This document shows, in pieces, positions 18,271-31,078 of a stretch of DNA of 31,778 nucleotides. The DNA is from an uncultured Gammaproteobacteria bacterium (GTDB taxonomy: Bacteria; Pseudomonadota; Gammaproteobacteria; GCA-002705445; GCA-002716945): assembly GCA_913046125.1 (NCBI GenBank), contig CAJWRL010000001.1, forward strand, positions 1 to 31,778, in the 5' to 3' direction. The stretch's first letter is position 1. Each line of letters begins with the position of its first letter. Position numbers and translations under genes: made by a program. Below the pieces are notes generated by a model that was given only the letters and a program-made list of their open reading frames with translations, was not told the origin of the DNA and made no database searches.

Positions 18271-19248
18271 AGAGGGATTTGGCTTTATCTTGAAATTTTT
18301 TTCAATATCAGATGAGCGAGATTTTAGGAAACCTGCATATGCAATCATTGCTCCATTATCAGTGCTAAACTTTACATCTGGAAAAAAAACATCGCAGTTG
18401 CTTACTTGAGAGAATTTATCTCTTAGTCTTTTATTAGCACTGACTCCACCAGTAACCACAATATTATTTATTCCATAATCTTGTGAAGCTTTTAGAGATT
18501 TGCTTATCAGTGTCTCAACAATAGAATCTTGTAACTCAAAAGAAATATTATTGATACTTTCATCGGTTAGTTCAATTTTTTGTAGTTTATTTATTACGTG
18601 CGTTTTGAGTCCACTGAAACTGAAATTATAGTCATTACTATTTATCATTGGCCTAGGAAAAGAAAATTTATTATTTATAGCATCTTCTGAACGTCGAGCA
18701 ATTTCTGGTCCACCTGGGTATCCTAAACCAAGTTTTCTAGCAATTTTATCAAAGCACTCTCCTGCGGAATCATCTAGCGTAGTGCCTAAAGTTTTAATTT
18801 GAAAGTCTTCATCTACAATTGATAAAAGTGTGTGACCACCTGACACGAGTAATGAAATGAAAGGCGGAGCGAGATTCTTCTCTGTAATCATAGGAGAGTA
18901 TATATGAGCTTCTAAGTGATTAACCTCAATTGTTGGAATACTTCTAGACCATCCCAAAGCCTTGGCAAGCGACGCTCCTGCTAAAAGCGGGCCGAGAAGC
19001 CCAGGGCCATTAGTAAATGCAATCATTCCAATATCGCTAATCTTTGTATTTGCTTTATTAAGCAAGAAATCAAGTAGTGGTATAAATTTTTTAACATGAT
19101 CTCTGGAGGCCAATTCAGGGACTATGCCGCCATATTTAGCATGTATTTGATGTTGAGAGCTCGTGACGTGAGCAATTATTTGCCCAGATGAATCAACAAT
19201 AGCTAAACCTGTGTCATCACAAGATGATTCTATTCCCAAGATATTCAT
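18259..19248 (-). CDS. tsaD: tRNA N6-threonylcarbamoyltransferase TsaD (start corrected from 19284 to 19248)
   Basis: MNILGIESSCDDT, HLEAH, LVSGGHT, DDSAGECFDK, FSFSGLKT, TDNGAMIA. A promoter lies inside the 12-codon extension given in the ORF track. Confidence 0.97.
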   Translation of the reverse strand: MNILGIESSCDDTGLAIVDSSGQIIAHVTSSQHQIHAKYGGIVPELASRDHVKKFIPLLDFLLNKANTKISDIGMIAFTNGPGLLGPLLAGASLAKALGWSRSIPTIEVNHLEAHIYSPMITEKNLAPPFISLLVSGGHTLLSIVDEDFQIKTLGTTLDDSAGECFDKIARKLGLGYPGGPEIARRSEDAINNKFSFPRPMINSNDYNFSFSGLKTHVINKLQKIELTDESINNISFELQDSIVETLISKSLKASQDYGINNIVVTGGVSANKRLRDKFSQVSNCDVFFPDVKFSTDNGAMIAYAGFLKSRSSDIEKNFKIKPNPSLTL

Positions 19249-19254
19249 CGGTGT

Positions 19255-19284
19255 ATTATAAGTTAAAACTTGCTTTATAGACAA
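19255..19284 (-). promoter_or_regulatory. Sigma70 promoter for tsaD with -10 6 nt upstream of ATG (leaderless-type)
   Basis: Minus strand TTGTCT (19284-19279), 18 nt spacer, TATAAT (19260-19255), acaccg, ATG (19248). Confidence 0.6.
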
Positions 19285-19326
19285 TATCGAGTAATATATC
19301 GCAATATTTAATTATTAAGGATATAT

Positions 19327-19551
19327 ATGCCAAGTGTACAAGTAAGAGAGAATGAGCCTTTTGAAATTGCATTGAGACGATTCAAAAGAGGCTGTGAAAA
19401 AGCAGGTATCTTAACTGAAACACGTCGCAGAGAATTTTATGAGAAACCAACTGCCATGCGAAAAAGAAAAATTGCAGCTGCAACTAAAAGATGTAAAAGA
19501 AAAGTCAGTATGGATACACTCAGAAAAAAACCCCCTTATAAAAAATTCTAG
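19327..19551 (+). CDS. rpsU: 30S ribosomal protein S21
   Basis: [28 protein letters not shown]...[10 protein letters not shown]; SD AAGGA. Confidence 0.98.
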   Translation: MPSVQVRENEPFEIALRRFKRGCEKAGILTETRRREFYEKPTAMRKRKIAAATKRCKRKVSMDTLRKKPPYKKF

Positions 19552-19554
19552 TTA

Positions 19555-20010
19555 ATGATGGCAAAATCCGCTATCAAAGATAGTATCCAGCAAGATCAAA
19601 TTAATTTTCTAAAAGAAGGTAATAAAGAAGATTCCTCAATTTTGAGGTTCGCATTATCATTTATCAACAAAGAAGAAAAGGATAAGCAAATTGAATTATC
19701 TGATTCTGAAGTGGTTGCAGTTATTAAATCTCTTATCAAAAGAAATAAAGACTCTTACGATCAATTTACATCTGCTAAAAGACCAGAATTAGCAGAAAAA
19801 GAAAAAAAAGAAATGGACTTGCTTCAGGGTTACCTCCCTGAAGTTATGAATGAAAATGAAACTGAAGAAATTGTAAAGTCAACTATAGATAAGCTAGGAA
19901 TTAGCTCAATGAAAGAAATGGGTAAGGCAATGGGAGAAATTAAAAAAAACCATGCTGACACTATTGATTTATCGCTCGTTAGTCAGTTAATAAAAAAACA
20001 TTTAAGTTAA
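19555..20010 (+). CDS. yqeY: GatB/YqeY domain protein
   Basis: R..S..QF..A.R.ELAEKEK.E..LL..YLP and MKEMGKAMG; follows rpsU. Confidence 0.92.
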   Translation: MMAKSAIKDSIQQDQINFLKEGNKEDSSILRFALSFINKEEKDKQIELSDSEVVAVIKSLIKRNKDSYDQFTSAKRPELAEKEKKEMDLLQGYLPEVMNENETEEIVKSTIDKLGISSMKEMGKAMGEIKKNHADTIDLSLVSQLIKKHLS

Positions 20011-20039
20011 TATTCGTTCATATCGCTAAATAGAGATAA

Positions 20040-22497
<2,458 letters not shown>

Positions 22498-22501
<4 letters not shown>

Positions 22502-23016
22502 TAAATCAGATCTATTTAGTCGGTCCTATGGGATCTGGGAAATCTACAATTGGGCGACTATTGGCAAAGAAATTAGGTTTACCTTATTTTGATCTCGATA
22601 AGCTAATTGAAAATCAAGAGAAGATGTCTATTAGCGATATTTTTCAAAAACACAGTGAAAAATATTTTAGAGAGTTAGAGTCAATTACCCTAAAGCAATA
22701 TTCAGAAGAAAGTAACTTTGTTATTTCGACTGGTGGTGGTTGTGTTTTAAGAGATCAAAATCTATGTATTTTAAGGAAAGGTCTTGTTATATACTTAAAG
22801 ATATCAATAGAAACTCAATTTGAGAGAGTAAAAAACCGAACACATAGACCTTTATTGAATAACGTCACAAAAGATACCCTTGTACAACTAGATAAAGAGA
22901 GGGGTTCCGTCTATTCAGGTATTTCTAATATCGAAGTTGATGTTTCAAATTTAGATAAAGAAGATGTATTATCCACTATTATCAGAAGATTAGAGAGTTA
23001 CAGTGAGAAAAATTAA
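22498..23016 (+). CDS. aroK: Shikimate kinase
   Basis: LVGPMGSGKSTIG, D.D..IE, FRELE, STGGG, RPLL. Confidence 0.96.
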
Positions 23017-24073
23017 CCTTCAACTAAATAATATCAAAATTCCTATCCTAGTTGGATCGAATATATTGAAAACAATAAATCCTGAGAATTATGTTAAGAA
23101 GAATGATGTTGTAATAATAACAAACTCAACCATTGCAAAGTTATACCTCAAACAGACTAAACGTATGTTCAAAGATTACAATGTGGATAGTTTGATATTA
23201 CGGGATGGTGAAAAATATAAAAATATAAAAACATTACAACAAATACACGACTATCTGATAAAGAATAAATATGATAGATCGCTTACAATAGTTGCGCTTG
23301 GTGGAGGTGTAATTGGAGACATGGTCGCGTTTGCTGCAGATACATTTATGAGAGGTGTTCAATTAATCCATATTCCAACTACTTTACTTGCTCAAGTTGA
23401 CTCGTCTATTGGAGGTAAGTGTGGCATAAATCATCCTCTAGGCAAAAATATGATTGGGTCGTTCAAGCATCCAAGTGTAATTTTAATGGATAGTGCAATC
23501 CTGAAAACTCTCCCAAAAAGAGAGTTTATGGCTGGAATGGCAGAAGTGATAAAATATGGTTTGATAAAAAATAAGAGTTTTTTTAAATTCATAGATAATA
23601 ATTATTCTAAAATTATTCAACAGAATACTGATTGCCTTTTAAGAACTATTTTTACATGTGCATCTATCAAAGCTCAAGTTGTGAAGGAAGATGAGCTTGA
23701 GAGTGGAATAAGAGCGATACTAAACTTTGGTCATACTTTTGGACATGCTATTGAAGTTTACGGTAACTATGAGAGATTTTCTCATGGCGAGGCTGTTGCA
23801 TTAGGAATGATTATGGCTACAAATTTATCTCAAAAAATCCTAAATCTCGAAAAAAAAGAAGTAGATAAGATTAAGCAGCTTATTTATTCGATTATGTCTG
23901 AGGAACTATTAAAAAGTGAATTTCAACCAAATGATTTGGTTAAACTGATGTCAGCAGATAAAAAAAAGAAAGGTGATAGTCTTAATTTTATTTTGCTAAG
24001 CTCCATCGGAGAAGCACAGATTTTATCAGATATTCAAGAATCCGATATTATTGAGTCTATTAAATTAAACTAG
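23003..24073 (+). CDS. aroB: 3-dehydroquinate synthase
   Basis: DGEKYK, ALGGGVIGD, PTTLLAQVDSSIGGK, E.IKYG, LNFGHTFGHAIE, HGEAVA; GTG start. Confidence 0.97.
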   Translation: MRKINLQLNNIKIPILVGSNILKTINPENYVKKNDVVIITNSTIAKLYLKQTKRMFKDYNVDSLILRDGEKYKNIKTLQQIHDYLIKNKYDRSLTIVALGGGVIGDMVAFAADTFMRGVQLIHIPTTLLAQVDSSIGGKCGINHPLGKNMIGSFKHPSVILMDSAILKTLPKREFMAGMAEVIKYGLIKNKSFFKFIDNNYSKIIQQNTDCLLRTIFTCASIKAQVVKEDELESGIRAILNFGHTFGHAIEVYGNYERFSHGEAVALGMIMATNLSQKILNLEKKEVDKIKQLIYSIMSEELLKSEFQPNDLVKLMSADKKKKGDSLNFILLSSIGEAQILSDIQESDIIESIKLN

Positions 24074-24079
24074 GCAAAC

Positions 24080-24108
24080 TTCCCAGATTGCTCAACAAAA
24101 GGTACAAT
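24080..24108 (+). promoter_or_regulatory. Putative sigma70 promoter for gltB-gltD2
   Basis: TTCCCA (24080-24085), 17 nt spacer, TACAAT (24103-24108). Confidence 0.5.
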
Positions 24109-24123
24109 TAAGCACCTGCGCAA

Positions 24124-24163
24124 CTCTCAGAACTAACTTTTTTACTAAATAGTAAACTGAGGG
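24124..24163 (+). promoter_or_regulatory. Nested inverted repeats in the gltB leader
   Basis: TTTACTA-AA-TAGTAAA (24141-24156) enclosed by CTCTCAG (24124-24130) and CTGAGGG (24157-24163). Confidence 0.45.
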
Positions 24164-24180
24164 TCCACAACCCACTAAAT

Positions 24181-27100
24181 ATGAAAAATTTTAGACTTAA
24201 AGACAAGTACAGGTTTGGCTTCCCCGAAAAAAGGGGATTATATGACCCACAATTTGAGAAAGATTCTTGCGGTGTCGGATTAGTCGCCAATATTAAGGGT
24301 ATTCCATCAAGAGAAATAATGGATGATGCTTTTCATGTGAATTCTCAAATGGATCATAGGGGTGGATGTGGGTTTGAAGAAAATACAGGCGATGGAGCTG
24401 GAATACTTATGGCATTACCAGATAGTTTTTTTAGAGCAGAAGCCAAAAAAATTGAAATCAGTCTCCCTGAGATGGGTAAATATGCAGTTGGGAATATATT
24501 TTTACCAACCGATGAAGGTGAAAGAGAATTCTGTATTAAAGAAACAGAATCAATCATAAAAGAAGAAAATCAAATCTGTTTAGGTTGGAGAGAGGTTCCT
24601 TTAGATCCGGAAGGAGCTAATGTAGGTCCCGCTGCTAGAGGCGCACAACCACATATCAAACAACTTTTCATTCAATGTTCAGAGGGCATTAGCCAGGATG
24701 AATTTGATAGAAAACTCTATTTAATTAGGAAAAGAATCAGTAACTTAATTCGAAACTCAGAAGAACTTAAAGAAGCAAAACTTTTTTATATATGTAGCTT
24801 GTCAACTACAGTAATGGTTTATAAGGGAATGCTAACACCCTCTCAACTTTTTCCTTTCTATCCTGATTTAGAAAATAAAAGTTTTGAAACTCATTTAGCT
24901 ATGGTGCACTCAAGGTTCAGCACAAATACTTTTCCGTCATGGGATAGAGCTCAACCAAATAGATACATGTGTCATAACGGTGAAATCAATACCCTCAGAG
25001 GTAATATGAATGCCATGAAAGCAAGGCAAGGAACTGTTGAGAGTGACTTATTTGGCAAAGAAATAGAAAAACTTTTCCCTATTACAGAACTAGACTGCAC
25101 TGATTCAGGTAGCTTTGACAATGTCCTAGAGTTTCTACTGCTGTCTGGAAGAAGTCTACAAGAATCAGTCATGATGATGATCCCGGAAGCATGGCAATCA
25201 GATGTGAATATGTCAGATCAAAAGAAAGCATTCTACCAATTTAGTTCATCTATGATTGAACCTTGGGATGGGCCTGCCTCCATCGTCTTTACTGATGGAA
25301 AAAAAGTTGGAGCAGTTTTAGACAGAAATGGTTTAAGACCGAGCAGATTTTATCTGACCGATGATGATAAAGTCATAATGGCATCAGAGGTTGGGGTATT
25401 GCCTGTTGATCCAAAAAAAGTAGTTAAAAAAGGTAGGTTGCAACCAGGTAAGATGTTTCTTATTGATTTTGAAAAGGGTGAGATGATTCCTGATGAAACT
25501 ATTAAGAAAGACATTGCAAATCAACATGACTACATAGATTGGAATCAGTCCATAGTTGAGCTGGAAAACCTCAATGGCCAATCGGAGGAAGATAGTGTAG
25601 GAAATAATCTCATCGAGAGGATGAGAGCTTTTGGCTATACCACGGAGACCATGCAATTCATGCTTTTACCCCTTGTTTCAGAATTAAGAGATCCTCTAGG
25701 ATCAATGGGTAATGATGCTGCATTGGCTTGCCTTTCTGATAAACCTAGACTGCTATTCGATTACTTTAAACAGCTATTTGCACAAGTTACTAATCCAGCG
25801 ATAGATTCAATTAGAGAAGAGGTAATAATGTCTCTGGAGTGCTTAATTGGCCCTGAAGGAAATCTTTTAGAAAATGACAAAAATAATGTAAAAAGATTAA
25901 GAGTTATAAATCCAATTCTGTCTAATAAAGAATTGAGTTCTATCAAGGAAATCTCTGTTGGTAATTGGAAAACTAAAACTATAGATCTAACCTATCAAAA
26001 AAAGGATGGCTTAAAAGGTATGCTATCGAGGCTTGATGAGGTGTGTCAGGAAGCAGAGAGTGCCATTGAACAAGGCTATTCATTTGTAGTGTTATCTGAC
26101 AAGGGAGTGTCCGAATCAAGAATATCTCTTAGCTCACTATTGTCATGCTCTTCAGTTCATCATCACCTTATAAAAAACCAACTTAGAACAAAAATAGGTA
26201 TTGTCATAGAAACTGGGGAAGCAAGAGAGGTGCATCACCATTGTTTACTTTTTGGCTATGGAGCAGATGCTATAAATCCATACCTAGCATTTGAGGCAAT
26301 ATTTCAATCCTTGGAGGACGGTACTCTAAAAGATGCAACTTTGAAAAACAACGAACAAATAGTAAATGCCTATAAGAAAGGAACAAAAAAAGGAATCCTT
26401 AAAGTAATGGCAAAAATGGGAATATCTACTCTTCACTCTTATAAGGGTGCACAAATATTTGAAGCTGTCGGTCTATCTAACGAAATCATAGATAAATCAT
26501 TTCCTGGAACAGCAAGCAGGGTCGGAGGTATAAGTTTTGAAGCATTATTCGACGAACAGAAAAGAAGACATGATCTAGGGTACCCAGAAGAAAAAATTAA
26601 TGTTACTACACTTCCCAATCCTGGAGACTTTCATTGGAGAAATGGTGGAGATGCTCATATGTGGGACCCGAAAACCATCTCATCCTTGCAACTGGCTGCC
26701 CGCACTAATGATGAAGATGCTTATTGGGCTTTCGCAAAACATGCTAATGAAGTTTCTACAAAACAAAGCTCACTAAGAGGTCTCTTAAAATTCAAAAGTA
26801 CTCAAGAGCCAATCAATATAGATGAAGTTGAGAGTGAAAAGGAAATAGTAAAAAGGTTTGCAACGGGTGCAATGAGCTTAGGTTCGATTTCTACTGAATC
26901 TCATGAGTCATTAGCAATAGCTATGAATAAATTAGGCGGAAAGTCTAATACTGGCGAAGGTGGTGAAGATCCTATCAGGTTCACGCCCGATGAATCTGGT
27001 GTTTCTAAAAGATCAGCAATTAAGCAAGTAGCTTCAGGTAGGTTTGGTGTAACGATGAGATATCTAACCAATTCAGATGAGTTACAAATAAAAATATCGC

Positions 27101-28740
27101 AAGGGGCCAAACCTGGTGAAGGTGGAGAATTACCAGGCAAAAAAGTTGATGAATATATAGCCAAGATTAGACATTCAACTCCTGGAGTAGGTTTAATCAG
27201 CCCTCCTCCACATCATGATATTTATTCTATAGAAGACATAGCCCAATTAATCCATGATTTAAAAAATGCTAATAGAAGTTCCAGAATAAGCGTGAAGTTA
27301 GTTTCAGAAGTTGGAGTTGGAACTATTGCCTCTGGTGTAGTGAAAGCTAAAACTGATCATCTTGTCATAGCAGGTCATGATGGAGGAACGGGTGCTTCTC
27401 CTCTTACATCCATAAAGCACGCAGGACTTCCTTGGGAATTAGGTGTAGCTGAAACTCATCAAACCTTGGTTATGAACAACTTACGCTCAAGAGTTGTTCT
27501 CCAAACAGATGGGCAAATTAAAACTGGAAGAGATGTAGCCATTGCCGCACTTCTAGGAGCAGAAGAATTCGGATTTGCAACTGCTCCTTTAGTTACTTTA
27601 GGTTGCATAATGATGAGAAAATGTCACCTCAATACATGTCCAGTTGGCATAGCAACACAAGACGAGGAATTAAGAAAAAAATTCAAAGGCAAGCCTGAAC
27701 ATGTAGTAAATTATCTTTTCATGGTGGCCAAAGATTTACGGATGATAATGGCAGAAATGGGTTTCAAAACTGTTAATGAAATGATTGGTAGAGTTGATTG
27801 TTTGGAAACTGATGTAGCAATAGATCACTGGAAAAGAAATGGTCTTGATTTCAGTGGTATCCTTGAGCCTGCTCAAAAGATATTTGAAAATACCGAAGTC
27901 TATAATACTCAAAGCCAAGATCATGGTCTTGATAAAGCCTTGGATAATGTTCTGATAGATAAATGTAAAAATGCAATTACACAAGGTGAAAAGACTGTTT
28001 TTAATAGCAAAATTAATAATATTAATAGAACAGTTGGAACTATGCTTTCAAACGAAGTTGCTAAAGTTTGGGAGACCAATAATCTTTCTGAAGATACGAT
28101 AGAAATTAATTTCAATGGGTCGGCTGGACAAAGCTTTGCTGCTTGGTTAGTTAAAGGAATTACATTCAAGCTAGAAGGCGATGCTAATGACTATGTTGGC
28201 AAAGGGCTCTCCGGAGGTAAACTCATCATATATCCTCCTAAAAATAGTAAATTTAAAGCCGAAGAGAATATTCTTTTGGGCAATGTAGCCCTCTATGGAG
28301 CAACCGAAGGTGAAGCTTATTTTAGAGGTATAGCTGCGGAAAGATTCTGCGTAAGAAATAGTGGTGCTTCAGTAGTTGTAGAGGGAATTGGAGATCATGG
28401 ATGTGAGTATATGACAGGAGGTAAAGCTGTTATTTTAGGTCCAACAGGAAGGAATTTTGGTGCCGGAATGAGTGGAGGAATAGCTTACATTTTTGATGAT
28501 CAAGGTGACTTTGAGAAAAAATGTAATAATGAAACTTTTGAGTTAGAGCCTCTATTGGAAGAAGACTTATCTGACCTCAAAGGTTTAATTCTAAAACATA
28601 ATAAATATACCGAATCGACTGTTGCGGAGAATATCCTTAAAAATTGGGAAAATGCCTCTAAAAAATTCGTAAAAGTTATGCCAACGGATTACAAACGTGT
28701 TCTAAATGAAATGAAAACAAAACAACAAAGCAATGGGTAA
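24181..28740 (+). CDS. gltB: Glutamate synthase large (alpha) subunit
   Basis: Propeptide then catalytic Cys (KDSCGVG), HSRFSTNTFPSW, HNGEINTLRGN, EPWDGPA, KSNTGEGG, QGAKPGEGGELPG.KV, 3Fe-4S motif GCIMMRKCHLNTCPVG; 1519 aa. Confidence 0.99.
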   Translation: MKNFRLKDKYRFGFPEKRGLYDPQFEKDSCGVGLVANIKGIPSREIMDDAFHVNSQMDHRGGCGFEENTGDGAGILMALPDSFFRAEAKKIEISLPEMGKYAVGNIFLPTDEGEREFCIKETESIIKEENQICLGWREVPLDPEGANVGPAARGAQPHIKQLFIQCSEGISQDEFDRKLYLIRKRISNLIRNSEELKEAKLFYICSLSTTVMVYKGMLTPSQLFPFYPDLENKSFETHLAMVHSRFSTNTFPSWDRAQPNRYMCHNGEINTLRGNMNAMKARQGTVESDLFGKEIEKLFPITELDCTDSGSFDNVLEFLLLSGRSLQESVMMMIPEAWQSDVNMSDQKKAFYQFSSSMIEPWDGPASIVFTDGKKVGAVLDRNGLRPSRFYLTDDDKVIMASEVGVLPVDPKKVVKKGRLQPGKMFLIDFEKGEMIPDETIKKDIANQHDYIDWNQSIVELENLNGQSEEDSVGNNLIERMRAFGYTTETMQFMLLPLVSELRDPLGSMGNDAALACLSDKPRLLFDYFKQLFAQVTNPAIDSIREEVIMSLECLIGPEGNLLENDKNNVKRLRVINPILSNKELSSIKEISVGNWKTKTIDLTYQKKDGLKGMLSRLDEVCQEAESAIEQGYSFVVLSDKGVSESRISLSSLLSCSSVHHHLIKNQLRTKIGIVIETGEAREVHHHCLLFGYGADAINPYLAFEAIFQSLEDGTLKDATLKNNEQIVNAYKKGTKKGILKVMAKMGISTLHSYKGAQIFEAVGLSNEIIDKSFPGTASRVGGISFEALFDEQKRRHDLGYPEEKINVTTLPNPGDFHWRNGGDAHMWDPKTISSLQLAARTNDEDAYWAFAKHANEVSTKQSSLRGLLKFKSTQEPINIDEVESEKEIVKRFATGAMSLGSISTESHESLAIAMNKLGGKSNTGEGGEDPIRFTPDESGVSKRSAIKQVASGRFGVTMRYLTNSDELQIKISQGAKPGEGGELPGKKVDEYIAKIRHSTPGVGLISPPPHHDIYSIEDIAQLIHDLKNANRSSRISVKLVSEVGVGTIASGVVKAKTDHLVIAGHDGGTGASPLTSIKHAGLPWELGVAETHQTLVMNNLRSRVVLQTDGQIKTGRDVAIAALLGAEEFGFATAPLVTLGCIMMRKCHLNTCPVGIATQDEELRKKFKGKPEHVVNYLFMVAKDLRMIMAEMGFKTVNEMIGRVDCLETDVAIDHWKRNGLDFSGILEPAQKIFENTEVYNTQSQDHGLDKALDNVLIDKCKNAITQGEKTVFNSKINNINRTVGTMLSNEVAKVWETNNLSEDTIEINFNGSAGQSFAAWLVKGITFKLEGDANDYVGKGLSGGKLIIYPPKNSKFKAEENILLGNVALYGATEGEAYFRGIAAERFCVRNSGASVVVEGIGDHGCEYMTGGKAVILGPTGRNFGAGMSGGIAYIFDDQGDFEKKCNNETFELEPLLEEDLSDLKGLILKHNKYTESTVAENILKNWENASKKFVKVMPTDYKRVLNEMKTKQQSNG

Positions 28741-30184
28741 AACTACTGGATTTAAAGAATTCTCAAGGGCAGTAGAGCCTTACCGTCCAGCAAAAGAAAG
28801 GGTCTTAGATTTTAAAGAAATCTATACCGATCACGATGATGAAAAACTTGCCGTTCAAGGTGCTAGATGCATGGATTGTGGAGTTCCATTTTGCCAATCC
28901 GGTGAAGGGTGTCCTGTTTATAACCTCATTCCAGAGTGGAATGACCTCGTCTATCAAAATAAATGGGAAGAGGCTTTTGATAAATTAATGTTAACAAATA
29001 ACTTCCCCGAAGTTACTGGAAGAGTTTGTCCAGCAGTTTGCGAAGGAGCATGTGTTCTAGGTATAACAGAAAGTCCTGTAGCAATTAAGAATTTAGAATT
29101 CGCTATAGCAGATAAGGGCTTTCAAAACGGTTGGCTAAAACCACAAATTCCCCAAAATAGAACTGGAAAGTCGGTTGCTATAGTTGGTTCAGGCCCCGCA
29201 GGACTATCTGCGGCTCAACAACTTAATAGTGTTGGTCACAACGTAAAAGTTTATGAAAGAGCAGATCGTATAGGCGGTCTCATGATGTATGGCATTCCCA
29301 ATATGAAGCTTGATAAATCTATAATCGATCAAAGACTAGAAATAATGGAAATGGAAGGCATAGAGTTCTTTACAAATGCAGACGTGGGAGGAAAAGGAGA
29401 AAACTCTGTTAGTGTTAAAGAGCTAGATGAGTCAAATGACATCGTCTTAATGGCAACTGGAGCTACTAATCCAAGAGACTTGCCCATTCCAGAAAGAGAA
29501 GGTATCGGAGTTCACTTTGCAATGGATTTCTTGCGAAAGAATACTAAGAGTTTATTAGACTCCGAACATGATGATGGGAATTTCATATCTGCAAAAGATA
29601 AAAATGTCATTGTAATAGGTGGTGGAGACACAGGTACGGACTGTATAGGGACTTCTTTGAGACATGGATGTAAATCTTTAATAAATTTTGAAATCATGCC
29701 TGAACCTCCGAAAGAACGAGCAGATAATAATCCTTGGCCTTTGTTCCCAAGAATATATAAGGTTGATTACGGTCATGAAGAATCTAAAGAGATATATGGT
29801 GATGATCCCAGAGTCTATTCAATATCAGGGAAAGAATTCTTAAGAGATAAAGATGGAACACTAAGAGGAATCAAGACTGTTGAAGTTGATAAAAATTTTA
29901 AAGAAATCCCTGGTACTGAAAAGGAGTGGGAAGCGGATCTGATTCTGCTTGCTATGGGGTTCCTAGGTCCAGAGGAATATTCCGTACACAATTTAGATAT
30001 CCAGCTAGATGAAAGATCTAATTACAAAGCTGAACACAATGTTCACCAAACATCTAATCCAAAAGTATTTGCTGCCGGCGACTGTAGAAGAGGACAATCT
30101 CTGGTAGTCTGGGCAATAAATGAAGGCAGGGCCGCAGCTCGAGAAATTGATCGACATTTAATGGGGTCTACAACGCTTAAATAA
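28733..30184 (+). CDS. gltD: Glutamate synthase small subunit, NADH-GOGAT-like type (gltD2)
   Basis: [60 protein letters not shown]...[28 protein letters not shown]; 8 nt overlap with gltB. Confidence 0.97.
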   Translation: MGKTTGFKEFSRAVEPYRPAKERVLDFKEIYTDHDDEKLAVQGARCMDCGVPFCQSGEGCPVYNLIPEWNDLVYQNKWEEAFDKLMLTNNFPEVTGRVCPAVCEGACVLGITESPVAIKNLEFAIADKGFQNGWLKPQIPQNRTGKSVAIVGSGPAGLSAAQQLNSVGHNVKVYERADRIGGLMMYGIPNMKLDKSIIDQRLEIMEMEGIEFFTNADVGGKGENSVSVKELDESNDIVLMATGATNPRDLPIPEREGIGVHFAMDFLRKNTKSLLDSEHDDGNFISAKDKNVIVIGGGDTGTDCIGTSLRHGCKSLINFEIMPEPPKERADNNPWPLFPRIYKVDYGHEESKEIYGDDPRVYSISGKEFLRDKDGTLRGIKTVEVDKNFKEIPGTEKEWEADLILLAMGFLGPEEYSVHNLDIQLDERSNYKAEHNVHQTSNPKVFAAGDCRRGQSLVVWAINEGRAAAREIDRHLMGSTTLK

Positions 30185-30207
30185 AAGTCTGCTCTTTCGG
30201 AGGAATA

Positions 30208-31077
30208 CTACTTCTTCACAACTCGCATTAGACCTTCTTGAACCGCTGAAGCAACCAAAATGCCTTTTTCAGTATAAACACTTCCTCTATTGAAACCTCT
30301 TGCATTGCTTGCGCTCGGGCTGTCAGTAGAATACAGCATCCATTCATCAGCTCTAAAAGGTCGGTGAAACCACATAGCATGGTCTAAGCTTGCGCTCATT
30401 ACATTACCTTTAGCAAAGCTAAGTTTATGTGGATTCATCGAAGTGCTAAGAAGTCCCATGTCAGATGCATATGCCAATATAGCTTGGTGTTGCAAAGCAT
30501 CATCTGGAAGTTTTCCAACTGCTTTCATCCACACATGCTTATAGGGAAGTTTATTTTTTGGTTCATCAAACATGCTTTCACCCGGCAAATGTCTCATTTC
30601 AATTGGCTTTTCCCTAAGAAAGAAATCTCTATACTTAGCTGGTACTTTATCGATCATTTTCTTTTTGATCTCTAATTCACTGACACATTCTTTTGGACCG
30701 GGAATATCTTCCATGTTTATTTGATGAGATGGACCCTTCTCTTTTTTATGAAAAGACAATGCCATATCAAATATAGGTTCACCTTTCTGGATAGCTACTA
30801 CACGTCGTGTAGTAAAACTTCCTCCATCACGTGTTCTTTCCACATCATAGATAATTGGATACTCCATATCACCCGGACGAAGAAAATAAGCATGCAAAGA
30901 GTGAGTATATCTCTTCTCAGGTACTGTTCTGGCTGCGGCCGTCAGTGCCTGTCCGATTACTTGGCCACCAAAAACTCTGGGGCCACCTATGTTCTCACTT
31001 TGGCCCCTAAAAAGGTTCTCTTCTAAGGTCTCAAGATCTAATAACTTTATTAATTTTTTTAAGGCTTTTTTTTGCAT
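30208..31077 (-). CDS. tesB: Acyl-CoA thioesterase II (start corrected from 31197 to 31077)
   Basis: LLDLETLEENLFRG, VFGGQVIGQAL, HSLHAYFLRPGD, RDGGSFTTRRV, AYASD, SLDHAMWFHRPF. The ATG at 31077 lies 1 nt after the upstream stop. Confidence 0.96.
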   Translation of the reverse strand: MQKKALKKLIKLLDLETLEENLFRGQSENIGGPRVFGGQVIGQALTAAARTVPEKRYTHSLHAYFLRPGDMEYPIIYDVERTRDGGSFTTRRVVAIQKGEPIFDMALSFHKKEKGPSHQINMEDIPGPKECVSELEIKKKMIDKVPAKYRDFFLREKPIEMRHLPGESMFDEPKNKLPYKHVWMKAVGKLPDDALQHQAILAYASDMGLLSTSMNPHKLSFAKGNVMSASLDHAMWFHRPFRADEWMLYSTDSPSASNARGFNRGSVYTEKGILVASAVQEGLMRVVKK

Positions 31078-31078
31078 A

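Noticed and set aside
19249-19284. 12-codon N-terminal extension of tsaD in the track
   Set aside because: Homology begins at MNILGIE and the extension contains the -35/-10 promoter.
30185-30207. CTC-TTTCG-GAG mini-hairpin between gltD2 and tesB as a bidirectional terminator
   Set aside because: Only a 3 bp stem and no U-tract on either strand.
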